NCBI GenBank assembly: GCA_035084275.1
Contig: CM068775.1
Coordinates: 1,488,001 to 1,552,000 of the forward strand
Source: Hydrolagus colliei
Taxonomy: Eukaryota
Length of the DNA: 64,000 nt
Reading direction: 5' to 3'
Below are positions 23,560 to 34,929 of the stretch, in pieces; within the stretch, counting starts at the first letter, position 1, and each line of letters starts with the position of its first letter. Below the pieces are notes generated by a model. The model was given only the letters and a program-made list of their open reading frames with translations, had not been told where the DNA came from and ran no database searches. The position numbers and the translations under genes are program-made.

Positions 23560-23968
23560 TTAGCAATTGATAATAGTGCCTTAGTACACTGTCGAGACAG
23601 CTCAGAGGCTTCACAGAACGTACTGTAAAGTGGCCAGTTTTTGCCCAGGATTGTCCCACAAACACCGATGGAGTGAGTCACCGATTTTATTTGGGGGCGT
23701 TTGTTGGCCAGGACAACAGGAGAGAGACTTCCCTCCGCTTCTCGAGTAGTGTCAGAGGATCTTTTCACATCCATCTAAACAGACGGATCAGACCTCGGTT
23801 CAGCATCTCAACCAAAAGAACAGCCTCTAACAATGGGACCCCCCCCCCCCCACAGCACCACATTGAAGTGTCAGCTTCCTCTGTGTGATACCGAGTGCCG
23901 ACGTGGGGTTTGAACCCACAACTTTCTGACTCAGAGGCCAGAGTGCTATTCACTGTGCCAGGCGACTC
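23560..23968 (-). mobile_element. Full-length DeuSINE-like (SacSINE1/AmnSINE-type) element nested in the hAT
   Basis: A box tggcacagtga, B box ggttcaaaccc, core gctgacacttca...aaccgaggtc...gatgtgaaaagatcc, L2-type tail. Family assignment is from recall, not a database search. Confidence 0.65.
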
Positions 23969-24341
23969 GCCAGGTGATGCTGCTGTCTTCTATCACCTGT
24001 GGGAAACTTTCTTTCCCTCCTACTCAGTGCCTCTGAATCTGAAGACATTCCCAAGGTCGAGGTTGCATATCTGACTGATTGACAACTGAGATTTATTTTC
24101 AGGGTTTGTGGGCAGTGTCACGTAATTGGCTATAACTTAAAGGATTGTTAACCTGCACCTGTTAGAGTTGAGGTCCCCAGAACTGCTGCCTCACACCAGC
24201 GGGATATAAAGAACAGGTGCAGTCGAGTCTGCAAAGCAACAGCTCTTCCTACACAAATCTCTTCAACGTGACTCCTCTGAAAGTCACTATTTCTCTCTTT
24301 GAATAATAATATAATCCGTGCATTTCATGTAGCGAGGTAGG

Positions 24342-24578
24342 TTAGGGTCGGTCTACCTCGTGTTCTGTGACCGTGCCATGGTTCCCATAGGATAGTAGCA
24401 CTATGGACAGTTTTCTCCCGGCTTCTCCAGCTATGTCCGCTAAACCTAAGACGCCTCTGCGGTAATGTCTGTGATACCAGTGTGGTAGTGTACCATACAG
24501 CTCACTATTTGTCAGATGCTGTCGCCAGTAAACGTTCAGGGCGTCTCTTAGAAGCCTGGTATATACCTCACGAGTCAC
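24342..24578 (-). mobile_element. RTE-clade LINE C-terminal fragment
   Basis: YTRLLRDALNVYWRQHLTNSELYGTLP resembles the post-RT region of RTE elements. Confidence 0.6.
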
Positions 24579-25568
24579 CTAATCTCCTGGTCGAGGTTTG
24601 CCTAAGTGTCCAGCATTCTGCTCCGTATAGGAGCGACTTTCAGCCCTCGCGTTAATGCACATTCATTATAATATGAAAATCGATATTGGTAGAGCGGTTG
24701 ACGTAATGGCTTCAAAGCGACCGAGGCGTCTCGAATACGGAACGCTATTAAAGAATTAATTTCCCCTCCCTTATTTTTTCAAGTATTTTTTCGTCAGATC
24801 AGTATTGCTCGATGCCTTTCATTTTGATTCTAAATAAATAAATAAAAACTAACTACACTATTGCTCACAGTTCAACGATATTTTCAGGATAATGCTGATA
24901 ACAGGCTTGTAACACGTGTGAATTAACTGTTTGACACTGATTTTCAGTTTCTGTATATTTTCTTGTCTTTTATAAAATTTGCTTTGCTGGAATATCTGAG
25001 CACATCATTCATACTTTACTCTTACATTATTGTTCATTACAGTCCGAAAGAAATTTAGTCTTAGGATAACAATGCAGAACAACTTATTAATTACCGTCAA
25101 TCTGTAGTTTATGATCATTTTCTCTATACGCCTACATTTACCAAGCATTCGTCATTGTACTGTGTTAATTGGATTGTAATTTACTTTATCGTTCGCATTC
25201 CTTACATCATCGAGTCAACAATCGTGTTTGCTTTTATCGGCGAACACATTCGACCTTCCCAATTAGACACGGACTACCGGGGAAAATATAAACACTGAAT
25301 AAATAATGATGCTCTTAAACACCAAGGGCATGAAACATTTACCGTTCATATTAGATCTTCTGAACCGATTAAATAAGACCTCAAACTGTGTAAAACGTCG
25401 GAGACCTCGAGGGGGCTTCGGGGGCAGCCCGCAAACCCCTGGCCATTGTTGGTCCCATCACTAGCAATTCGCACCCCCCCAAAAAAAATCCTGCGTACGG
25501 CCCTGATATGGGTATAGTTTAGTTGTGAGAGATCGAAAATTGTATTTTCTCACTCTCAATGTGGGGTC

Positions 25569-26410
25569 TGTTCGGATATGGAGCTACTGTATTAAAAATT
25601 AATTATAGTTAGTTCCAATCAGACACCAATTAAAACAATCTATCCACAACACAGGCATGGTCAGCAGCCTTGAGCAAAAGGGAGATAAACAACTTGTCTA
25701 CCCAAAACACCAGGTGCACATTCCCCTGCGCTGAGACAATCTTGGATACTGGTCCATGCCAATAATCCAAGGGGCACAATAACATCTGTAGCTTCTATGA
25801 CAAATAAAGAATTGAAGGAGAACGGCTCAAGATATAGATAGGGACAGAGGACTCAATTAACAAAGGCACAAAGAATTGTACTCATTTGGGCAATTACCAA
25901 GTGAGTAGCAGGAAAGCCATCTCAAGGTCTGGGAAAAGGAATGGAGGCAAACAACTCCCGACAAGTCTGGCCTTTAGATAGTCTGGTTTTGACATCACTT
26001 CTGGACAATGTCCAAGTGATCAACTGGCTGACTTAGTTATGGTGGAGAATGAGGTAGGAGAGAAAGAGTGGCTCATTACAACAGTTAGGGAGTGTTTCAG
26101 GGTAAACCGAGATCTCCGGCCTGCCACTGTTCTCCAGATCTACTGGATCGGATCATGGTTCCATTTGTTTTGTTTTACAGGCAGAGAAGGGTCAGTTAGA
26201 GATGGAAAGTTGGAAGGAGTGAGTATTGTGAGAAGCCTGAACCTGACGTATGGTGTAACAGCCTGAATCCTGCATTGTATTCTACATAGAACTGGTAGTA
26301 TGATTATTTTATTCTATCATGTTGTATTGCTTATAATCATTAAATCACTATACCTTTATTCAGAAATGTTGGGTCATTATTTTGAACTCTCGGGATTGAA
26401 AATTCCAACC
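25569..26410 (+). mobile_element. LTR-like repeat (about 840 bp)
   Basis: Begins TG after a G-rich tract. The 3' part matches 20925-21148 and the 5' part matches the inverted copy at 29255-29810. Absent upstream of GPCR C and D exon 1. Confidence 0.65.
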
Positions 26411-26833
26411 ATTACAGTACTAGGAGGCCAAGATAGTGCAGTATTGTGAAAGAGTTCAGGCAGTGTAATTTTTTTTCAATTTTTAATTTTTAAAAATCAT
26501 TTGACCCCAAAATTTTGTAGTGTGCAATCATGCAGCTCGATGATTAGAGCACTCACCAAGTAAGCCAGTGACCTAGGTTTGATTCCCAGCATGATGAAAC
26601 ATTTTACAATTTTCCTTGTGCCACACACCTCTGTTTACCGAGCAGAGTGCAATTCTCATGTGAAAACACGATTGTTTATTCACTGATCTGGAACTAATTG
26701 CATTAATTACATTGATTCATTGTTCAAGTTATACTTAGCATTTGCTATAAGTACAAATTTCTTTCACTCTGAGCTCAGTGAGTTCATTTAAGCCTCCACT
26801 TCAGCAGGAAAACACCAGAGTGTAAAACAGGGC

Positions 26834-26903
26834 ATGGAATTTCCAACACTATACGCTATAGTAGCTATTTACTACCCCATTCTGGTAGCATTTGGAATTC
26901 CAG
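26834..26903 (+). CDS. GPCR B exon 1 (MEFPTLYAIVAIYYPILVAFGIP)
   Basis: Kozak GGCATGG; 70-nt exon, phase-1 donor G|GTAATT. YYPIL..GIP is the first half of TM1 and joins VNLLAIVILS in frame. Confidence 0.9.
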
Positions 26904-27209
26904 GTAATTCTACTTGTTTTCATGGTCTGGCAATTGTGAAGAGATGAGTTCAATTGGCATTTTGTATAGTGGCTTATCATGTCTTCTAGAAATCTCAAAT
27001 CAGTTCAAAGAATATACGGCAAAGTGAAATGACTTTGTATTTGTGGGCGAAAGGCGAGAGCTAATTGTGTATTTCCGTGTCCTACAAACTTTCATGGATT
27101 GAAATGATGAATTTTATTAACTGTTGATGATGGATTATTACCAATGGTGGAGTAAGGAAACTTGCTGAAGGTTAGCCCTGACCTGTCTGCAATTGAACCC
27201 AGATGCATC

Positions 27210-27920
27210 AACAACAACAAAAACTTTGATTTATATAGCGCCCTCCATGCCGGACGGCGTCTCAGAGCGCTTCACAGGAGCAGATCCCGGGACAGGGGCA
27301 GGGGCAGGAAGGTGACGAAAAGGTCGGTCGAAGAGAAAGGTCTTCAACTGTGACCTGAAACTGTGAAGAGAGGGGAGCGAGGTGAATCGAGCGAGGAAGG
27401 GAGTTCCTAAGTCTCAGGGCGCAGTGGCTAAAGGCACAGCCGCAGAGGGTGTAGCGGAGGACTCGGTGGACATGGAGGAGGGCTGACCCAGAGGAGCGAA
27501 GGCAGTGGGTGCTGGGTTGGGGGAAGAGGAGATCAGAGAGATAGGGGGGTGCAGAGGAGTGGAGGGATTTGAAAACAAGTGTGAGGATCTTGAAGTTGAT
27601 CCTCTCTGGGATAGGGAGCCAGTGAAGTCTGACAAGGAGTGGGGTAATGGGGGAGCGAAGCTTAGAGCGGGTGAGTATGTGGGCAGCAGTTTAGGAGAAG
27701 CTGGATTTTGTGGATTGTGGTGGAAGGAAGATCGGCAAGGAGGGCGTTGCAATAGTCCAGCTGAGAGGTGACGAAGGCGTGGACCAAGGTTTCGGCGGCT
27801 TTTAAGGTGAGGTATTGCCGGAGACGGGCGATCCTTCGGAGGTAGTAGAAAGCAGTGCTGGTGACGGACCGGATGTGGGGGAGGAAGGACAGTTGGGGGT
27901 TGAACCTGATGCCAAGGTTC
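27210..27920 (-). mobile_element. L2 3' fragment inserted into a SINE, unit B only
   Basis: (CAA)n tail and L2 C-terminal motifs; uninterrupted site at about 43040. Confidence 0.8.
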
Positions 27921-28939
27921 ATTGCTTGGTGAATGCACTAATCACTCAGTTGCAGGACTCGGCTACAGAAATGGGGATAACCAGGGCTATGAATCTCAAT
28001 GTACAACTTGATCTGAGAGCTGGTGCAGACTCAAAGAGCCAGAAGTTCTCTGTTCTCTTAAATATATGTGTTTCATAATAACTTTTCTGAATTCGAATAT
28101 AACAGGATCAAAAATGGACACGCAATTTGTGGCTTTTAGACGAGATGGTTTATTCAGAGACGGCACTGAATAATTGTAGTATCATATTTTTGAGACATTT
28201 TTCTGGGATTTCAACATTATAACAACAATAATAACAAAATTACATTTATAGAGCGTCTTTCACATTGGGGGGATGTCCCAAGGCACCAAACAGTCAGTTC
28301 GGGACCCAAGCCAATGAAAGGCGATGAATAAGGGGGTCGGGCATGAGAGAGTTAGGAGGGGAGGGAGGGAGTTGTGAGGGCAGCAGAAGGCATGGTCGAA
28401 AAGGACCAGCTTTGAATACCAGCGTTGAAGGAAGCAAGGGAGGAATCCAGGTGAAGGGAATGTGGGATGGAGTTCCAGAGTGTGGGGGCAGAGATGTTGA
28501 AAGCTCATCCATTGCTGGTAGGGCAGGTCGGGTGGGGGACATGGAGCAGACCGGATCCCACTGAATGGGGCGGTCTGGCAGGTTCGTAAGCGGACAGCAG
28601 GTTGGAGAGACAGGAGGGTGCAAGGCAATGAATGTGAGGATGAGAATCTTGAATGTGATCCTCTGGGGATGCTGAGGCAATGGAGCCGGGCAAGGGTGGG
28701 AGTGATGTGGTCACAGAACTTGGTGCGGGAGAGAACATGAGCTGCAGAGTTCTGGATGTTCCGCAGATTGTGAAAGGAAGAGCCAGAAAGGACAAAGAGG
28801 AGGGAGTTTCCATAGTCGTGCCTTGATGTGATGAATGTGTGGAGAATGGTTTTGGTAACCTGAGGGGTGAGGCAGTGGCGGAGTCTGGCAATGTTGCAGA
28901 GGTGGTGGCAGGCAGTACTGGTCATGGTGCAGATGTGGG

Positions 28940-29810
28940 TGTAGGATTACTCCTAAACAGTTCTTCCGTTTGTGCGAAATGATCTTCAGACGATGAGTAG
29001 ATTCAAAAGTTCATATTTATTCAGCACTGTAAACGAGTTACAATACAGGTACTCTTCTTGCAATTCGAACACAACCCATATATACCGGTAACTACAATGC
29101 ACCAATCACAATACTGTTGCTAATCAGTTTCTCTGCTTACATCTTGTACTGGCCCCCTGCCTGGTCATCTACATACTGTTAACCTCTTCTCTGCTTGTCC
29201 TTATATTGGCCTGTCCTTGTGCTTGATCTCTGGACAACAGTAGCGGGCTGGAGATCTTGGTTTACCCTGAGACACTACCTAACTGTTGTAATGAGCTACT
29301 CTTTCTCTCCTACCTTTCTCTCCTACCTTCTCCACCATAACTAAGTCAGCCAGTTGATCACTTAGACATTCTCCAGAAGCGATGTCAAAACCAGACTATC
29401 TAAAGGCCAGACTTGTAGGGAGTTGTTCGCCTCCCTTCTTTTTCCCAGACCTTGAGATGTCTCTCCTGCTACTCACTTGGCAATTTCCCAAATGAGTACA
29501 ATTCTTTGCACCTTTGTTAATTGTGTCCTCTGTCCCTATCTACATTTTGAGCCGTTCTCCTTCAATTCTTTATTTCTCATAGAAGTTACTGATGTTATTG
29601 TGCCCCTTGGATTATTGGCATGGACCAGTATCCAAGATTGTCTCAACGCAGGGGAATGTGCAACTGGTGTTTTGGGTAGACAAGTTGTTTCTCTCTCTTT
29701 TGCTCAAGGTTGCTGATCATGCCTGTTTTGTGGATAGATTGTTTTAATTGGTGCCTGATTCGAACTAACAACAATTAAATTTTAATACAGTACCTCCATA
29801 TCCCAAAAGC
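28940..29810 (-). mobile_element. Solo LTR-like element in GPCR B intron
   Basis: About 550 bp is the inverse of 25569-26135. The distinct 3' part has TATA-like gtatatat and AATAAA on the - strand. It interrupts an L2 fragment. Confidence 0.65.
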
Positions 29811-30963
29811 AGCCTTGAATGCTGATGCTGCCAGTGCCTGTGTTGTGGAGTTGCTGACATGAGCCAATCAGGTGGATATTCAACTAGGTGCATGGGAAGA
29901 TTTCTTAAATATTGGGATGATAGTTGCTGTTATGAAGGAGACGGGAATGATATCGGATAAAAGGGACGGGTTGACTGTATCGGCAAGTAGTAGGGTAAGG
30001 TGGTGGAGCTCTGAGGTAAAGAGACGAGTCGGGATGGGATCCAGGGAGCAGGTGGTGGACTTCATGGAGGATATGGTTTTGATGACTGAGGATGGGGAGA
30101 CACGTTCTCCCCATCCTCATCCATTCTGAAGGTGCAGAAGTATGGATTGATCGAACGATCGATCGATCAATCATTCAAAACTTACATTTATATAGTGCCT
30201 TTCATGTCAAGAGGATGGCTCAAAGCACTGTGCAGTTTGGTAGGGACAAGAGCATGGGGGGAGGGGTCGGATCAGGATGAAGAAGAATAGCAAAATTAAC
30301 TGTATATTTGTGGGCAAAATGTGACAGCCAAATTATGCACAGCATGGATGGGTAGATGTTGGGGTGTGGGAGTGTGGTGTGTGGGGGTAGAGGTTGGAAG
30401 TGTGGTGACAGCTAAGTGGATTCCCTCGATTTTGGTCTCGAGGTCATCCAGCCACTCCTTACAGTGGGAGTTGTAGGAGAGGATCTGTGACATGGACGGC
30501 GGAGGAGCTGCTGTGTTGTGGAGAACAGGAACTTGTGGTTGTCCTGCATTATCCTGGAGTAGAAATATGATTTGCTGGAGACCAGAGCAGAGAGGTAGTT
30601 TTTGATGTGCCAGATATGCCAGTGGACCATTAGACCAGATTTGAGACGGGTACGTTCAGCGCCCGACACCTGATCTTTGAGCAACTGGAGGTGGCTGGTG
30701 AACTAGGGTGAGGTTCGAGAGTAACACTTTGGAAAGAATCAGGAGAAATAACTTTGCTGATTGTTTAATGCAGGCTACCTTACAACAAGGCCATAATTCA
30801 AAACTGTATGAAAGGTTTGCTAAAGGTTTGAGATATGGATGTTGTTCTAAAGGAATTGAATCAACTCAAAGAATAAACAACAAAATATGACACACCCTTA
30901 AACTCCTCATCTCACACCTGTATTCATGTGAATAATTTTTCAGATTTTCTTTCCTTCACACAG

Positions 30964-31895
30964 TTAATTTGCTGGCGATTGTGATCCTGTCAAGAGGAAA
31001 CTGTGGTCTCTCAAAGTGCATTACTTGCTATCTGGTGGCCATGGCAGCCGCGGATCTCCTGGTTGTCCTCGTGGATGTGTTGTTGAACAAAATTAACAAT
31101 CTGTATTTCCCATTAAATTTCTTATTCTACACTCCAGTGTGTAGTGTTAGACTTGTGTTGCTGACTGCAGCATTTCTCATGTCTTTGTGGTTCACTGTTG
31201 CTTTCAGTTTTGACCGATTTATCGCCATTTGTTGCCAAAAGCTGAAACCAACATATTGCACAGAGAGAACGGCCACAGTGGTTATTGCAACTCTTGCTGT
31301 TATTTGCTGCTCAGTCAGCATTCCCTGTTACTTTATATTTGATCCTCAGTTCATAGTTAACAATACCCCGTGGTACTGTATCTTCAAACCAACCATTGAC
31401 ACGTTGCTCACCTGGAAATTATACGAAAGGTTTATCCGTGTTTTTAATCCACTGTTTGTGTTTGCTTTGATTTGCCTGTTCAACGCTGTGATTATCAGAC
31501 ACATTCTGATGGCCAGTAAAGTCCGCAGGAGGCTTCGGGGTCAGAGAAAAGCTGAGAAAACAATTGATCCCGAGTTGGAAAACCGGAGAAAATCTGTTAC
31601 TTTACTGTTCACCATATCAGGCAGTTTTATAATTTTGTGGATAACTTATGTTCTACATTCATTCATATGGCAACTTTCCAATTTTAATTATAGCGAAACA
31701 TTGGTCAATAACACCCGATATATTGTCCAAGAATCTGGAGTCATGCTGCAAAGGTTGAGTTGCTGTGCAAACACCTGTATATATGCATTAACTCAGACAA
31801 AGTTCAGAGAGGAATTTAAGAAAGGATTAGTTTATCCCTTTCATATTATCTCTAAATTAAGGATCAAATATCTGAAAAAATCGTTAGGAAAGTAA
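30964..31895 (+). CDS. GPR139-like GPCR B exon 2
   Basis: Acceptor ttcacacag|TT; intact frame of the same length as the paralogues; spliced product 333 aa. Confidence 0.93.
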
Positions 31896-31987
31896 TTGGC
31901 TACAAACGTGGTTCAACTTCACCTACATTGGTGACTATCTTCACAAACATTGAAACTTTCCAACATTACCGTAAGATCTGTAGTTAA

Positions 31988-34564
31988 CAGGCCTGTAGTC
32001 GAGTCCTCCTCATCCTCATCCGAGTCCCTGGTGTCTGAGTCCGAGTCCCTGCCACTTTTTAATGTCCGAATCCGAGTCCTCCATGTAAAAATTCACGCCC
32101 ATCACCAACTTATACATACTAGAATTTCAGTCTGATATCTTTTTTTGATGTATATTGCTTGCTACGCTTTGTTTACAAAGGTTGGGTTCTTACTTCATGG
32201 CTTTCTGCAATAAATTGACTCATTATCCTGAAGTTCAAGTGCTTAATGGTTTGGTTCAAGAACAAAACTAAAATTCTATTTTTAGTTCCTGAAGTACAAG
32301 GAATATTGACTTCTCAAGTGGTCAGTCACTTGTCTGATAAAGCCATTGCACTGATATTCACTGAAATGAAGATTCACAAAATGCTAAGTCAGTGATATGC
32401 GTTCATTAATTTGAGGAAGGTAACGCGGTTGGGCACGAAAAAGACGTGTCTAGAAAGTTGATGTTAATCCTCTCCAAATATGCAGTTAACCATTAGTTCC
32501 GCAGTAACCTGTGCCTTATTAAATTTGTCTTTCGAAGTGCTTCAAATTGATAAGTTTGCCTAACTAAAGAATTCTAGCTCAAACATCTGACTGCAATTTA
32601 GAGACCTTGCAGTTTAAAGCTGACTTGGAACTAGTAACTTGGCTGGCATGTGGTATACGCTTTTATTCAAACTGGTGGACGAGAATTCAGTGAATTACTC
32701 TTACTCGTCCCCTAACTTTGTGTGTTTTCTAATTACGTTCTCCTTTCCTTTCTGTCTGTCCGTCACTCTGCTCCCTGTCTTATCTCTCCCTCTGGCTCCC
32801 ACTGACTCTCATCTGTCTCGCTTCCTCTGACTGAAGCAGATTTATAAAGTCAACCCAGAAGGTTCCCGACTTTGGGCAAACATTAAGAAGTAATAATCGA
32901 GTCTAACCTTTGATTTGGAGAGGCAAGGATTCACACGGCACAGACATGATAATAATAATAATAAGAAGAATCCTTGCATTTGATATAGCGCTTTTCACGT
33001 CTTCTAGATGTCTCGCGATGGTGTGAATGGCCTTCTGTTTTGTACAATTCTATGATCTCCAAATCCATCTAGATTTATATATCTAAACCTTGTTTGGCAA
33101 ATGTATTTGAAAAGCCCTGCCTAGCACGATTTTACTGGAAATGCACATGTATGAACCCCAATTGAAGACAGAAGGATTGGGTTGGCTTTTGTGCATTTGT
33201 ATGCGTGTATGTATACGTCTCTCCCTGTCTCTCTCTTCCCCAACCCCCATTTGTGTCAAGGAGAGAGATTTTAATTTTTTTTCCAAATAAAAATTCTAGC
33301 TGCTTGCCTAGACTTGTACTTGAATATATTGGTGTGTGACCAAACGCTCGTTAATGCTGCTGATCCGAGTATGAGTCAGAGCATTGCGCACAAAGAAGAA
33401 AATTGCAGGGCTGTAGGACTCATGTCCTGGACTCGGACTCGAGACCGTTCTCGAGTCCTCATTTCAAAGATAGTAGAACGCTTTGTGGCGCTCGCGCTCT
33501 ACTTTTTATGCATATCTCTATGGGGCTAGATTTTTGGCCCTGTATATATTTCTATTACATAGACCTAAGATCTACCCTAGTACGGCCAATTTCAGCATGT
33601 TGCGGTATATTATATGTGAGACTTCCATCTGTGTTGGAGGGGAGCGACAACTCTTCCAACCAGATGGATTTTTCTGTAGACTGAGGCCTACGCAACATAC
33701 TTCAGAAAATATTCTTTATTAGATTACATCTTCAAGACTATTAACATGACAAAATTTATCGTGATTCATGAGTAACGCGTTCCGACAAAAGTCCACACTC
33801 ACAACAAATTTATTGTAAAGTCTAATCATAAATGAGTACGAAACTTATTTTTCTTTATGACGTTGCTTCAGATGGCATGTGAAATTCGATGTAGTGCCAC
33901 ACGTTTCAGTTATAACACGTTTTCAAAACTTACATTTTGCATGATGTTTGTTCCGCGCTGTTGTTGTGAATTCCTTATGATCCGTGTACCCAATCACTCG
34001 GGACATGACAGACATGGTGATGCTCGTACTTGCCGGGCAGGTAAGAATCTGGGAGGTTTCAGTGCGTACTATGATATAAGCCTGGTACCCTAGCCCTTGT
34101 ACAGTTAGTACACAAGACAATGTACAAAACAATACTCACAGAGTCTCAGAAATCAGTGTTACTGTTCAGTCCTCACACAATGGAACTGGAACACGTGGCA
34201 ATCCAGGGCATTGGATTTAAACGCGTCACTTTTTAAAGGGCTTTTTTGATTGGTAGAAAGTTTACATGTGATAGATAGTAAATAGTATCCCATGTGGGAT
34301 ACCGCGTCACAGTTCATTCACAAGCAACTTTTACTGCGAGATTTCCTATATGTCAGCCAGTGTAGTATTTGCGTGAACTACCGAAAATCCCTCAGCTCGG
34401 CTCATAACTGCCTGGCTCGCGGAGGTCTCCAGCCCGAGTCCTCGAGTCCCTGCTGTCGAGTCTGAGTCCTGCACAGCCGAGTCCGAGTCCGAGGCTGAGT
34501 CCTTCAAATGAGGACTCGAGACCGGTCTCGAATCCGAGTCCAGGACTGGAGGCCTCCAGCCCTG
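31988..34564. mobile_element. Non-autonomous hAT transposon in GPCR B 3' UTR
   Basis: 8-bp TSD GTAGTTAA (31980-87, 34565-72), imperfect TIR CAGG(C/G)CTG(T/G)AG, many subterminal CCGAGTCC repeats. Single GTAGTTAA at the empty site 3041-3048. Confidence 0.9.
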
Positions 34565-34929
34565 GTAGTTAATATTTTCAATGAATTTCTCAATTACATT
34601 AACAATAGATATTTGAGATACGCGATTGGTCAGTCACTTCTATTGTGAGCTGGTACTAGTGTAGTTTTGTTGTTGTTGTTGTTGTGACCGGCTTCACAAT
34701 GATGGGAGCTGGTTGTGATCGGCTTCGCAGAAGAGACAACAAACTGGTTAAACTTGACAAACCGTTTCCCAGGCCTTATTGTTGTGTTTCCCATTGAGAG
34801 GTGGTCTGCAGGTGGAGAGACAGCTGAGCAACATTTGGGTTTGCAGAGCAACCCTCTTGCAGAAGAAACTGGGTGAAAATATCACCTGATGAACATAAAA
34901 GGGGGGATCGATTTGAGGATGAAAGAAGA

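Larger units (their letters stand above)
22868..25505. mobile_element. Non-autonomous hAT-like transposon with 5-bp TSD
   Basis: TIR CA(A/G)GGCCGTACGCAGG then GGGGGGTGCG. ATATG flanks both ends (22863-67, 25506-10). Confidence 0.8.
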
